This document shows, one piece after another, positions 29,169 through 39,212 of a DNA stretch of 64,000 bases; the first letter of the stretch is position 1, and each line of letters starts with the position of its first letter. The notes beneath the pieces were generated by a model. The model did no database searches. It had not been told where the DNA came from and saw only the letters and a list, made by a program, of their open reading frames with translations. Where the stretch lies: NCBI GenBank assembly GCA_034927475.1, contig JAYFPW010000002.1:193606-257605 (forward strand), read 5' to 3'. A program made the position numbers and the translations under genes. This stretch comes from Candidatus Elulimicrobiales bacterium. Its GTDB lineage: Bacteria > Patescibacteriota > Minisyncoccia > Phycocordibacterales > UBA5272.

Positions 29169-31010
29169 TTATCTATCTGGAGGAATTTCGTAATAGCTTA
29201 TTAAATAGTTAACCAAACTAAAAAAAGATTCTTTTAATGTTTGAGAAGCGTATTGTGCCCCCCTTGGATCTACTTGATATAAGAAAATAATATATTTAGG
29301 ATTTGTCGCTGGAAAGTATCCGAAGAAAGAGTGTAAATATTTATCTTCATAATATTTACCAGTGTTAGGATTTGAAACTTGTGCGGTACCTGTTTTTGCC
29401 GCAACTGTATAATGTGGATTTTTTGCATTCATAGCTTCATCGACAACTCTTGTAAGTATCTTACTAATCCTTTCACTTGTTGAGGTGCTTTGAAAAACAT
29501 TAATAGGTTCATCTTGAACAATAACTTTTGTTGTTCCATTGTCATAACTAATACTTTCTACTACATGCGGAGTAACAAGCTTTCCTCCATTACCAAGAAC
29601 AGCTAAAGCTCTAATAGTTTGAATCGGAGTAGTAGCAATACCTTGCCCAAACCCGGCGGTAACCAAATCTACTGCAACTTTAGAATCTAAATTGCTTACC
29701 AAACCAGAAGCTTCAGATGGTAAATCGATACCAGTATATTCTCCGAAACCAAATTTGTGAAAATACTCACTTAAATTACTTCCGCCAATTTTTTCTACTA
29801 AGAAAGCAATACCGACATTTAAAGAGTCAGAGAGAATTTTTTGAAGTGGAGTATTTGGTCCTCGGGCAACCTTGTCATAATTAGAAACTCTATAACCATT
29901 CAAGACTATAGATCCGGTGTCATTATATGTTGTTGATTCATTCACCAAACCCATATCTAAAGCGACAGCAACAGTCAAAGGTTTAATAATAGAACCCATT
30001 TCATACACGCCAGAAACCAAATCATTGTTATATACAGAGATATCTGACACTTCCCGATAGTTATTTGGATCAAAAGTCGGAATCTCTTCCATGGCCAAAA
30101 TAGATCCGTCATTAATATCCATAACAATTGCTCCAATTTTTTGAGAATTCCATCTAGCTTTAGCGTCCCCCAACAGTTTTGCCACATATCTCTGAACGTT
30201 TGCATCGATGGTTAAATTTATATCACCCTCAGAAGAAGCGTGTTGCAACATTCTGGATGTATCTTTATTTTCTATATCGCTAGAATTAAAATCTGAAAAA
30301 ACTTCAGCAAAAAAGTTTGAATTAACTATATTTTTTTTATCTAAAACGTCATTGTAATATCTCTCGAGTCCATAAAGTCCAGTTTTTTTATCTTCGGAAA
30401 AGCCTACGAAACCAAAAACTTTTGCGCCAATATCTTTTTCGAAATAAACTCTACTCTTTTTTCTACTCACAATAAGACCTTTCATTCTAAGGGAAACCAG
30501 TTCATTCGCTATTTCTTCTGGAACATTTTTTAAAAGAATTTCATAACCAGAATCCTTTTGATGCATTTTTTCTAAAAAACTATCTTTATCTAAAAAAGAA
30601 ACTATTTTTGATGAAGAGCTTGCACCTTCTACAATTTTTGAATTATAATCTTCAAAAACTTTTGAAATTTTTGAAAAATAATCATTTTCTAATTCGGAAA
30701 GATTTAAGCCTTCTTCAATCCTTTTTTCAAAAAATAAATTTATTGTCTTTGGGTCTAAAGCTAAATCATACTCATTAGACATGGCTACAGCCGGAGAAAA
30801 AGTCCCTTTTTTATTAGTAAAAAATATAGACCCTCTATCAAAATTTTCTCCCGTATCATAAAAATATTGACTCTCACCAGCTCTTTTATATTCAGCACCA
30901 TGAATTATTTGTAAATAAAAAAGTCTGGCAATAATTAAAGCAAATATAAAAAAGATAACCAAAACAAAAATATTTATTCGGTTGTGAATTAATTTATTTC
31001 TTTCTGACAT
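29169..31010 (-). CDS. ftsI: Class B penicillin-binding protein (FtsI-like)
   Basis: N-terminal TM, SIIK, SLN, KTGT; dcw context after mraZ-rsmH-ftsL. Confidence 0.85.
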   Translation of the reverse strand: MSERNKLIHNRINIFVLVIFFIFALIIARLFYLQIIHGAEYKRAGESQYFYDTGENFDRGSIFFTNKKGTFSPAVAMSNEYDLALDPKTINLFFEKRIEEGLNLSELENDYFSKISKVFEDYNSKIVEGASSSSKIVSFLDKDSFLEKMHQKDSGYEILLKNVPEEIANELVSLRMKGLIVSRKKSRVYFEKDIGAKVFGFVGFSEDKKTGLYGLERYYNDVLDKKNIVNSNFFAEVFSDFNSSDIENKDTSRMLQHASSEGDINLTIDANVQRYVAKLLGDAKARWNSQKIGAIVMDINDGSILAMEEIPTFDPNNYREVSDISVYNNDLVSGVYEMGSIIKPLTVAVALDMGLVNESTTYNDTGSIVLNGYRVSNYDKVARGPNTPLQKILSDSLNVGIAFLVEKIGGSNLSEYFHKFGFGEYTGIDLPSEASGLVSNLDSKVAVDLVTAGFGQGIATTPIQTIRALAVLGNGGKLVTPHVVESISYDNGTTKVIVQDEPINVFQSTSTSERISKILTRVVDEAMNAKNPHYTVAAKTGTAQVSNPNTGKYYEDKYLHSFFGYFPATNPKYIIFLYQVDPRGAQYASQTLKESFFSLVNYLISYYEIPPDR

Positions 31011-31018
31011 GGGTCCTA

Positions 31019-31441
31019 TTATTGGTTAATATTTTCCGGCCCAACATTTACGCCCTCATACAAAAAAGAGAAACTTGCTGCAGCATCTTTTCTTGTTGCA
31101 AAATTATTATTTTTTGTTTCTATAAATCCATTATTAAAAGCATATTCTTTGGTTATGTTTAAAATTGTAGCGTTGTAGGCTTTTTCAAGTTTAGCTGATT
31201 TAACATTGATATCATTTATACTAGCTAAGCCCTCTTTTTTATTTATAATATTAAAAATTACTGCCACCACAATAACCATATAAGCAATACTTAGAATAGC
31301 AAGAATTGAAAGTAATGCATGAATAACATAAATTTTAAAAGATTTCTTTACACTATTCGTAGAAAAATTCTTAAAATTATGCAAATAGAGTTTATTTCCA
31401 TTTAATCTATCCTTATTTAATTGTGTAGTTTTAATTTGCAT
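31019..31441 (-). CDS. FtsL-like cell division protein
   Basis: Single TM plus coiled coil, located between rsmH and ftsI. Confidence 0.55.
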   Translation of the reverse strand: MQIKTTQLNKDRLNGNKLYLHNFKNFSTNSVKKSFKIYVIHALLSILAILSIAYMVIVVAVIFNIINKKEGLASINDINVKSAKLEKAYNATILNITKEYAFNNGFIETKNNNFATRKDAAASFSFLYEGVNVGPENINQ

Positions 31442-31442
31442 A

Positions 31443-32351
31443 TTATTTTTTTTCTACGACTCTCAATTTTGCACTTCTTGATCTTGGATTTCCTAAAACT
31501 TCTTTTCTTTCTGGCTCTAGAAAATCTTTTTTATTTTCAAACTTAATCAACTTCAATTCTTCTTTTAGGGATTTGACTGTATTCTTTAAAATCCTGTCTT
31601 CGCCTGAATGAAAAGTTAAAAAACTTGCTCTTTTGTTATTTTTTAAAATATTTGGAAGAGTTTGAATAAGTTCTTCTTCGGCTCTCAGCTCGTCATTTAC
31701 CGTTATCCTAAGAGCTTGAAAAGTTTTGGTAGCAAAATGTATTTTTTGTCTCTTGTAATTTTCCGGTACTGATTTTTCTATAATATTTACTAAATCGAAA
31801 GTAGTTTTTATTTTTTTACTCTTTCTTTCTTCACAAATATTTCTAGCAATTCTTTTTGCATACCTCTCGTCTCCATAATAATAAATTATGTCGGCAAGAT
31901 TTTCCTCTTCCCATGTATTCAATATTTTTTCTGCAGTTAAACTTTCTTCATTAACTTTATCTTGTAAAGTCATTATCAGAGGTTCATCTTTTTGAAAAGT
32001 AAAACCTCTTCCAGATTCATCTATCTCTTCCGAAGAAACTCCAAGATCAGCCATAAGTCCGTCAATTTTTTCGACACCCAAATTTTCCAAAACTTGTTTT
32101 ATGTGTCTAAAATTTTCATTTATAAAAAAGATTTTTGGAATATCATTTTTTAGTTCTTTTTTTAAAAATGTTTCAGCTTCTTTTAAAGCTTGATTATCAA
32201 GATCTAAACAAATTAAAATTCCATCCTTTTTTATTCTTTTAGCCATCTCCAAAGAATGCCCTCCTCTATTAGTTGTACAATCTACTACCGTGTCTCCTTT
32301 TTGGAGATTAAGAGAATCTATTGATTCTTTTAATAAAATTGGAATATGCAT
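31443..32351 (-). CDS. rsmH: 16S rRNA m4C1402 methyltransferase
   Basis: MHIPILL, DCT...GGHS, DLGVSS, FQALRI.VNDEL, NPRSRSAKLR; start ATG 32351. Confidence 0.97.
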   Translation of the reverse strand: MHIPILLKESIDSLNLQKGDTVVDCTTNRGGHSLEMAKRIKKDGILICLDLDNQALKEAETFLKKELKNDIPKIFFINENFRHIKQVLENLGVEKIDGLMADLGVSSEEIDESGRGFTFQKDEPLIMTLQDKVNEESLTAEKILNTWEEENLADIIYYYGDERYAKRIARNICEERKSKKIKTTFDLVNIIEKSVPENYKRQKIHFATKTFQALRITVNDELRAEEELIQTLPNILKNNKRASFLTFHSGEDRILKNTVKSLKEELKLIKFENKKDFLEPERKEVLGNPRSRSAKLRVVEKK

Positions 32352-32355
32352 AATT

Positions 32356-32790
32356 CTACAAAACTCCAATGTCAGACAACTTTTCAGCCACAGATTCTGC
32401 ACTCTTATTATTGAGAATTGAATATCTCTCCCATTCTTCTTCGTCCCAAATTTCAATTCTAGAATGCATACCAACTAACACGACTTTCTTTTTTATATCA
32501 GCAATTTTTTTAAGCTGATCAGTGATCAAAATTCTTCCCACAGAATCAAGATCGGTTTCAAAAGCGTTAGAGAGCATAAAACGAGTAAAACTTCTTGTAT
32601 CTTTACTTGCAAAAGATAGAGATGAAAGTTTTTCTGCGATTTTTTGCCATTCTTTTAAACTATATACAAAGAGCGACTTATCGAGACCACTAGTAACGAC
32701 AACCTTTTTACCAAGAACAGTCCTCCATTTTGCTGGAATAGAAATTCTTTTTTTATCATCGAGTCCGTGAATATAGTGTCCGATAAGCAT
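32356..32790 (-). CDS. mraZ: Transcriptional regulator MraZ
   Basis: DDKKRISIP and DSVGRIL repeats; first gene of the dcw cluster. Confidence 0.95.
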   Translation of the reverse strand: MLIGHYIHGLDDKKRISIPAKWRTVLGKKVVVTSGLDKSLFVYSLKEWQKIAEKLSSLSFASKDTRSFTRFMLSNAFETDLDSVGRILITDQLKKIADIKKKVVLVGMHSRIEIWDEEEWERYSILNNKSAESVAEKLSDIGVL

Positions 32791-32816
32791 AATTAATATT
32801 GGTGTTCACGATATCT

Positions 32817-32855
32817 CCCACAATATCCCACCTTTACCCATTATATACCACTTTA
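32817..32855 (-). promoter_or_regulatory. MraZ operator: four direct repeats overlapping the -10 box
   Basis: GTGGT/ATGGG/GTGGG/GTGGG at exact 10-bp spacing (+ strand 32847, 32837, 32827, 32817); TATAAT at 32845-32840. Confidence 0.85.
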
Positions 32856-32929
32856 TTTTTTATAAAAACAAAAAACCCAGCTTTTCCTGTGGAAAACTAG
32901 GTTTGGAATGTTAAGAAGGTTAAGAAGTC

Positions 32930-34390
32930 TTATTTTTTCTCTTTTATTAGTGGAAACATTATAGTTTCTCGAAGTGGGAGGCCTGCCAAAAAGGCAAAAA
33001 GTCTATCTCCGAACCCAAATCCACATGTTGGAGGCATACCATGTTCAAGCATCTCCACAAAATCCCAATCTGGCATCATAGCTTCTTCATCCCCTTTCTC
33101 TAAAAGTTCTTTTTGTTTTTCAAAATTTTCTCTCTGAATAATTGGATTGTTTAATTCTGAATAACCTCTACCAATTTCACTGCCAGCAAGTATCGGTTGA
33201 AACATTTGAGCTGTCTTTCCATCAGGATTTGGTTTTGCGAGTGGCGCAACCAGAAGTGGTGGATTCACTAAAAATGCAGGACCTGAAATATTTTTGCGAC
33301 AATATTTCCAAAGTGTATCTAAAAGTCTTTCACGATTTTCTCCATCATATTTAACTTTTAATTCTTCCAATTTATCTTTTATTTCAGTATCACTAGCTTC
33401 CCAAATATTTATACTAGTTTGTTTTTCAATTTCTTGTGCGTAATCTATTTCTACCCATTCACTACTCAAATCAAAAGTAAAACCTTTCATTTCAAATTCA
33501 GTCTTTCCAAAAACCTCATTCGCGATTTTAATATAAAGTTCTTTAACTAGCTTCATACCATCTCTATAATCGGCATACGGCAAATAAAATTCACAATTAG
33601 TAAATTCTTGAAGATGTTCTGGACTAGAGCCTTCATTTCTATAAGCTCTTCCAATTTCAAAAGTTCCGCAATATCCAGCAGCCATTAATCTTTTTTGCCA
33701 GAGTTCTCCAACACAAATACGCATATAAACTTCCATATCAAAATCGTTATGATAGGTTTTAAATGGTCTAGCTTCTGCTCCACCCGTTGTATTTTCAATG
33801 GTTGGAGTTTCTACTTCCAACATTCCTTTGTTAGTCAAAAATTCTCTGATGACATTCCAAAATTTTGCTTTCTTAAAAAATAATTCTCTTAATTCGCTAT
33901 TAGTTAAAATATCTAAATATCTATATCTCATTTTAAGCTCTTCGTCTTGAAGCCCATGATATTTATCCGGCAAAGGTAATAGTGATTTGGTAAGCATTTT
34001 TACACTTTTAACTAAAATGCTTCTTTGTCCAGTTTTAGATAAAAACTTTTCTCCTTCTATTTCCACGAAATCCCCAATATCGACAAACTCTTTGTAAAAA
34101 TTAAAAGCTTCTATTGGACTTTCAGGATTTTTAATTATGGCTTGGACTTTACTATTTTCGTTTAATTCACTAGAACCATCAAAAATGTCAAAGAAAATTA
34201 AATTACCTTGCCCTCTAGATGACATCACTCTTCCAGCTAAAATAGCTGTTTCTATATTTTCAAAATCTTTTAAATAGTCTTTAATAGAAATATTTCTATT
34301 AGAATGCGCAATAAAAGGATCGAAACCTTTTTCTTTTAATTTTTCTAACTTTTTAAATCTTTCTTCTTTTAATTCTAAAATGGATGTCAT
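32930..34390 (-). CDS. lysS: Lysine--tRNA ligase, class II
   Basis: GGAEARPF, FEIGRAYRNEG, YSELN, GMPPTCGFGFG. Confidence 0.96.
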   Translation of the reverse strand: MTSILELKEERFKKLEKLKEKGFDPFIAHSNRNISIKDYLKDFENIETAILAGRVMSSRGQGNLIFFDIFDGSSELNENSKVQAIIKNPESPIEAFNFYKEFVDIGDFVEIEGEKFLSKTGQRSILVKSVKMLTKSLLPLPDKYHGLQDEELKMRYRYLDILTNSELRELFFKKAKFWNVIREFLTNKGMLEVETPTIENTTGGAEARPFKTYHNDFDMEVYMRICVGELWQKRLMAAGYCGTFEIGRAYRNEGSSPEHLQEFTNCEFYLPYADYRDGMKLVKELYIKIANEVFGKTEFEMKGFTFDLSSEWVEIDYAQEIEKQTSINIWEASDTEIKDKLEELKVKYDGENRERLLDTLWKYCRKNISGPAFLVNPPLLVAPLAKPNPDGKTAQMFQPILAGSEIGRGYSELNNPIIQRENFEKQKELLEKGDEEAMMPDWDFVEMLEHGMPPTCGFGFGDRLFAFLAGLPLRETIMFPLIKEKK

Positions 34391-34441
34391 ATTTTTAAAA
34401 TGATGTAAACATTATAAGGTATTTTTAATAAAAGTGAAAGT

Positions 34442-34469
34442 TTGACAAGGAGTTTAATTTTGTTAGTAT
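34442..34469 (+). promoter_or_regulatory. sigma70 promoter of the 34512 orphan
   Basis: TTGACA, 16 nt, TAGTAT with TG extension. Confidence 0.7.
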
Positions 34470-34511
34470 GACAGCTGATAGTGTTGTTTAAAAACTAAAA
34501 AATAATTCAAA

Positions 34512-35159
34512 ATGAAGACATTTGAAATAAAAAATCCTGATTTCCAAGATTTAAAAAATCTTGTAATCTACAGCTACAAAGAAGAAGTGCAGATTCAAGC
34601 CTTAAATGGTTTACAAGAAATTTTAGAGTCCCCAAATCTTAGCGATTTGGGAAGACGGAATATTTTGAACAGTTTGATGCTTATAGGCACAAATTCCTAT
34701 TTCAACAAAAGATGTGGCTTTGAGGTGGCAGAAGCCTATTTGAAAATTTTTGAAAGCGATTCCTTATCTGAACTAGATGAGACAACAAGAAAAGCTTTAC
34801 ATATGGTGGCTAGAGAGACTGAATCCTCTGAATTTGCTTTCAAACTTATTTCTTTTATCTACAAAAAGATAGAAAAGAAATATTCTCATCCAGAAAAAGA
34901 ATATTTAATCTCTTTAGCGCTTGAAGCAAAATCTTCGGTTTCCGCTCAGGAATCAGTACGTGTTTTATCAAAAGTATATGATACAAAAGGTAAAAATTCT
35001 TTATTGGAATTAGAAGATTTTTGGAAAATTCATAACGAAAGCAAACATCCAAGAGCATCTCTTTTAGCCTTTGAGTTTTGCTTACAAAAAAACTTTTTTC
35101 AAGAAGAAAAAAATCTTTCTTATCCTCTGTATTGTAAACTTTTTCAAAAAAAGGATTAA
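34512..35159 (+). CDS. Orphan all-helical hypothetical protein, 215 aa
   Basis: ORF opposite to both neighbours, with its own promoter and terminator. Confidence 0.75.
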   Translation: MKTFEIKNPDFQDLKNLVIYSYKEEVQIQALNGLQEILESPNLSDLGRRNILNSLMLIGTNSYFNKRCGFEVAEAYLKIFESDSLSELDETTRKALHMVARETESSEFAFKLISFIYKKIEKKYSHPEKEYLISLALEAKSSVSAQESVRVLSKVYDTKGKNSLLELEDFWKIHNESKHPRASLLAFEFCLQKNFFQEEKNLSYPLYCKLFQKKD

Positions 35160-35162
35160 CAA

Positions 35163-35190
35163 AAATCCCTGCAAATGCAGGGATTTAATT
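35163..35190. terminator. Bidirectional terminator
   Basis: AAATCCCTGCA-aa-TGCAGGGATTT between convergent genes. Confidence 0.8.
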
Positions 35191-35198
35191 TTTATCAA

Positions 35199-35720
35199 TT
35201 ATCTCTCTAAAAGTGTTGGACTGAAAAACATTTCTCCTTTACTGTCTTTTAAATTAAAAACCAAAACCCCTTTTTCATTGATAGAAAATCTTTCAACATT
35301 ACTTAAATTTTCTAAATATTCTCCTTCTTGTGAACTTTGACAATACATCTTTGTGCTACCAATATCGTAAAAAGAAATTTTATTATTATCGGCATCATAT
35401 TTACCAAAAGCATTATTACAGTCGGTTGTTGTTGTAAAAGTTCCGTCACCTTTTAAGGTTAACTTGAAAGCGTCTTCTACTATTGGATTAAAGTTTGTAG
35501 CGTCCGCATAAGCTGTACTTATCCAATACCAACCATCATCACCTAGTAAAAAAGTTAAAGGAGAATCCCCGTTTGTACTATTTACATCCGCAACAGAATT
35601 AATAGTATCATTTCTTCCTTTAAAACCGTCAATTTTTTTCACTAAAAAGAAAAACCCAGCCACCGCCACAGCAGCGACTAAAAGATAAACTATACCGTAA
35701 GTGTTTTTGTTTTCCGCCAT
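35199..35720 (-). CDS. META (HslJ-like) domain protein, membrane-anchored
   Basis: DCNNAFGKY, IGSTKMYC, E..YL..L; N-terminal TM. Confidence 0.85.
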   Translation of the reverse strand: MAENKNTYGIVYLLVAAVAVAGFFFLVKKIDGFKGRNDTINSVADVNSTNGDSPLTFLLGDDGWYWISTAYADATNFNPIVEDAFKLTLKGDGTFTTTTDCNNAFGKYDADNNKISFYDIGSTKMYCQSSQEGEYLENLSNVERFSINEKGVLVFNLKDSKGEMFFSPTLLER

Positions 35721-35732
35721 ATTATTTATTTT

Positions 35733-36206
35733 TTAATTTATTTTTTTAATTTTATAATTTACCTGACCTTTTGGTGCCATAAAAGTCACAGTATCACCTT
35801 CATTTTTTCCAAGCAAAGCAGAACCTAATGGAGACTCGTTAGAAATTTTTCCACTATCCAAATCCACTTCTTCAGAACCAACTATAGTAAAAGTATTTAT
35901 TTCTTCACTTTCCATATTATTAACCACTACAACAGATCCTACAGAAACGCCATTTCTAGACTCATTGGAGTTTGTAATTATCGCATTTTGTAATATTGTT
36001 TCTAACTCACCAATTCTAGCTTCACATCTAGCTTGATCTTCTCTAGCTTGAGAATATTCCGCATTCTCAGCTAAATCCCCTAAAGATTTAGACCATTCAA
36101 TCGCATCAGCAATTTCTTTTCTTCTCACAGTTTTTAAATTGTTAAGCTCTAATTCAAGCTCTTTCTTTTTTTCTATTGTTAGATATTCTTTTACTTCTTT
36201 TGCCAT
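35733..36206 (-). CDS. greA: Transcription elongation factor GreA
   Basis: GDLAENAEY, KISNESPLG.ALLG. Confidence 0.96.
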   Translation of the reverse strand: MAKEVKEYLTIEKKKELELELNNLKTVRRKEIADAIEWSKSLGDLAENAEYSQAREDQARCEARIGELETILQNAIITNSNESRNGVSVGSVVVVNNMESEEINTFTIVGSEEVDLDSGKISNESPLGSALLGKNEGDTVTFMAPKGQVNYKIKKIN

Positions 36207-36272
36207 ATAAATTAAATTTAAAGTCTCCTTATTAATTGTTAAAATAATACCACATTTTCACTCATTTTAAAA

Positions 36273-38027
36273 TTAGTCTAAATATTGCTCTCCATTTTCA
36301 GCAATATATTCTAAAACTGGTTTAATTGCCCAAGATGCCCCTGGTGCATCGACGGGACCATTTTCTAAAATAACAGCAAAAGCATATTTTGGATTCTCAT
36401 ATGGAAAATAACCCACCATTAAAGAGTTAACCCTACCCTTCACAACCCCAATTTCAGCTGTTCCAGATTTTGCGGCCACATCAAGACCTGGGATATTTAG
36501 CTGAGACACTGTTCCTCCTGGAAGAACAACGTTTTTCATTCCTTGTTTTACATATTTAAGAGAATTTTGATTTAGATTTAAATTTTGTATATTCCACACC
36601 TTATTATTAAATTGATTTATTAATTCTTTGTTTGATAGTTCGTTAGAAGATGTCGCTGATAAAAATAAATGAGGTGTAACAAGTTTTCCATTATTAGCAA
36701 TTGAAGCTGTATATCTTACAAGTTCCGCGGGAGTTAATTGAAAACCAAACTGCCCAATAGAAGTGTGATAAGTATCTCCCAACCTCCATTCACCATCTAT
36801 AAAATTTATCCTTTTCCAATCTGGTGTAGGAATTACTCCAGAAATTTCTCCTGGTAAATCTATACCTGTTGGAGTAGAAAGTCCAAAAAGTTTAGCATAT
36901 TCATCAATTTTAGTTATACCTAAACCTTTTTGCTCTTGATACCCACCTCCAACTTGATAAAAATATTCATCTGAAGATACAGCTATAGCTTCTACAACAT
37001 TTACCCATCCATGAACTTTCCAATCTCTAAAGACAGTATCTGGGCCACCATATTTATTTTCTATCACAATAGCTCCTTTAGATAATAATTTTTTATCTGG
37101 AGAGATAACTCCTTCATTTAAAGCTCCATAGGCCATAAAAGGTTTTACTACCGATCCTGGAGTAAATAATCCTGAAGTAACTCTATTCAAAAATGGAGTT
37201 CGTTTATCGAGAAGAGATTCAGCTACTTCTTTTTTTTCTTCTGTGGTACTAGCGTTGGTCATTAAATTATTATTATATTCAGGATAAGAAGCTAATGCAA
37301 AAACTTCTCCATTATTTACATCCATAATTATTCCAGCACCAGAAATAAAACCTTTTGAATTTACCCAATTCCTGATTGAAGAATAAAGTTTTTCTTGTAA
37401 AGCAGAATCTATGGTTAAAGTAAGATCAGCTCCTGGCACTGGTTTGACAATTAAGTTTTCGGACTCAACGGAAGACCTCACATCTTTTTCCACAATCCTT
37501 TTTCCGTTTACACCAGTTAATAGTTCATCATAAAAAAGTTCTATACCATCTTTTCCAATATAAGTGTCTTGCCAAAAATTATCTAAATTATCTTTTTTAG
37601 GAGAAGAAACATAACCTAAAAAATTAGAAAATCCAGGAGTTTCAATATATTCTCTTTTCAAAATATCACTATAAGGAACGTTTGTGTTTTTGGCTAAAAT
37701 TTCACCATTTCTATCATAGATTTCCCCACGATTAGCGATAATTAATTTTGCATTGTATCTATTGTTGTCAGATTTTTCTTTGTAGAAATCATAATTCTGT
37801 ATTTGAATTGTAAACAGTCTGTATGAAAAAATAGAAAAGACTATTATTAAAACAAATAAAGGTAAAAATTCCATAAAAGAAGAAATTGGTCTATCAAAAG
37901 TTCCTTCCATTCTTTCTGTGTCAAGTCCTGGTAAATTCGAAGAGTCCATAAAAATATCTTCTGGATTTATTTCTCCTCCACTTTGTCTTTTCTTAAAAAA
38001 TTTTTTTCTAAAAATATTCTTAATCAT
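36273..38027 (-). CDS. mrdA: Penicillin-binding protein 2
   Basis: GSVVK, SSD, KSGT motifs; downstream of mreB-mreC. Confidence 0.88.
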   Translation of the reverse strand: MIKNIFRKKFFKKRQSGGEINPEDIFMDSSNLPGLDTERMEGTFDRPISSFMEFLPLFVLIIVFSIFSYRLFTIQIQNYDFYKEKSDNNRYNAKLIIANRGEIYDRNGEILAKNTNVPYSDILKREYIETPGFSNFLGYVSSPKKDNLDNFWQDTYIGKDGIELFYDELLTGVNGKRIVEKDVRSSVESENLIVKPVPGADLTLTIDSALQEKLYSSIRNWVNSKGFISGAGIIMDVNNGEVFALASYPEYNNNLMTNASTTEEKKEVAESLLDKRTPFLNRVTSGLFTPGSVVKPFMAYGALNEGVISPDKKLLSKGAIVIENKYGGPDTVFRDWKVHGWVNVVEAIAVSSDEYFYQVGGGYQEQKGLGITKIDEYAKLFGLSTPTGIDLPGEISGVIPTPDWKRINFIDGEWRLGDTYHTSIGQFGFQLTPAELVRYTASIANNGKLVTPHLFLSATSSNELSNKELINQFNNKVWNIQNLNLNQNSLKYVKQGMKNVVLPGGTVSQLNIPGLDVAAKSGTAEIGVVKGRVNSLMVGYFPYENPKYAFAVILENGPVDAPGASWAIKPVLEYIAENGEQYLD

Positions 38028-38044
38028 AAAAAATTCTTTAGAAA

Positions 38045-38221
38045 TTATCTTAGGTATGGCCTTAAAAATCTATAACCAATGAATAATCCGAAAAATACGG
38101 TGGTTAAAAATGGAAAATTTATGTTAGATAAACTCAGGTCATAAAAAATACAAAAAAGCAATATAGCTATTAGTGCAATATTCACAACTATTCTCCAAAA
38201 ATTATTTTTTATTACTCTCAT
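38045..38221 (-). CDS. 58-aa two-TM protein in the mreD position (not in ORF track)
   Basis: MRVIKNNFWRIVVNIALIAILLFCIFYDLSLSNINFPFLTTVFFGLFIGYRFLRPYLR fills the mreC-mrdA gap with 15-17 nt spacers. Confidence 0.65.
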   Translation of the reverse strand: MRVIKNNFWRIVVNIALIAILLFCIFYDLSLSNINFPFLTTVFFGLFIGYRFLRPYLR

Positions 38222-38236
38222 ATTTGTTTTTTGCTT

Positions 38237-39145
38237 TTATTGAATATCTATATAATAATCTCCATTTTCTCTGGTATTGTAATAACCTTTTACAAAAAGT
38301 ATTTGATAAAATGCTGCTTCTTGTTTTTCGATTTTTACTATTTCTCCAAGAGTTTTATTTTCATCCCTTGCTAAATATACAATAGTACCGGTAGAAATAT
38401 TAATATTTTCTGGAATTTTAGCTACAAAATCTCCACCTCCATACCCAATAAAATCAATAAGAATACTATTTGAAGAACTAACTGGGGTACTCATACTAAT
38501 ATTTATATCATCAGAAAAAGGTTGGGAAATATCAGAGCTTGTAGCAATTGTTGTGCTAGAACTCGAAGCGTTTAAATTTAAATCTTCTTCAGAATTTATT
38601 AAAGGAATTTTACTTTCAAAATTTTGAGAAAAAATTATCCCTTCTACTTGATTTTTATCTTTAGAAAAAAGAGAGACTAAAGATGTCTTTTCTGATGAAG
38701 AATTTACAACACCAATAGCTTTATTTGGATACAAAAAAACGATATTCCCTTCTGCGACACCATTATCTTTTCCTTTGTCTAACAAAATAGTATTGTAGAC
38801 ACTAGTAAAGTCTGAAAATATTTTTTTAGCTACAATCTTTTTTTCCGAAGAAATATTTTCCTCAAAAATTTTTCTATTTTTTTCTGTCTGTAATTCATTT
38901 TCCAAACGAGATATTTCACTTAGTAAATATTTTTTATTAGTAAAATATCCAAAAAAATTATTGAAAACTTTTGAAACAAAATTTGTGGAGTTATTGGCTG
39001 CGACCAAAACTGTCTCAGGAGCTCCGACACGAATATTATTACTATTAAAATAGTTTCTCAAAAAAGGAAAAGAAAATAAAAATACTAAGTAAATAATAAT
39101 AAATAAAATATTAAATTGGAACTTTTTCTTAGTTCTTAAATTCAT
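38237..39145 (-). CDS. mreC: Rod shape-determining protein MreC with Ser/Thr-rich insertion
   Basis: TM, coiled coil, ILLDKGKDNGV; follows mreB; ATG 39145. Confidence 0.85.
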   Translation of the reverse strand: MNLRTKKKFQFNILFIIIYLVFLFSFPFLRNYFNSNNIRVGAPETVLVAANNSTNFVSKVFNNFFGYFTNKKYLLSEISRLENELQTEKNRKIFEENISSEKKIVAKKIFSDFTSVYNTILLDKGKDNGVAEGNIVFLYPNKAIGVVNSSSEKTSLVSLFSKDKNQVEGIIFSQNFESKIPLINSEEDLNLNASSSSTTIATSSDISQPFSDDINISMSTPVSSSNSILIDFIGYGGGDFVAKIPENINISTGTIVYLARDENKTLGEIVKIEKQEAAFYQILFVKGYYNTRENGDYYIDIQ

Positions 39146-39212
39146 AATACGATTATACAACAAGTCTCGTTTTTAAAGAATCGAGCTTAATTAATCTAGA
39201 TTGCCCTACAAA

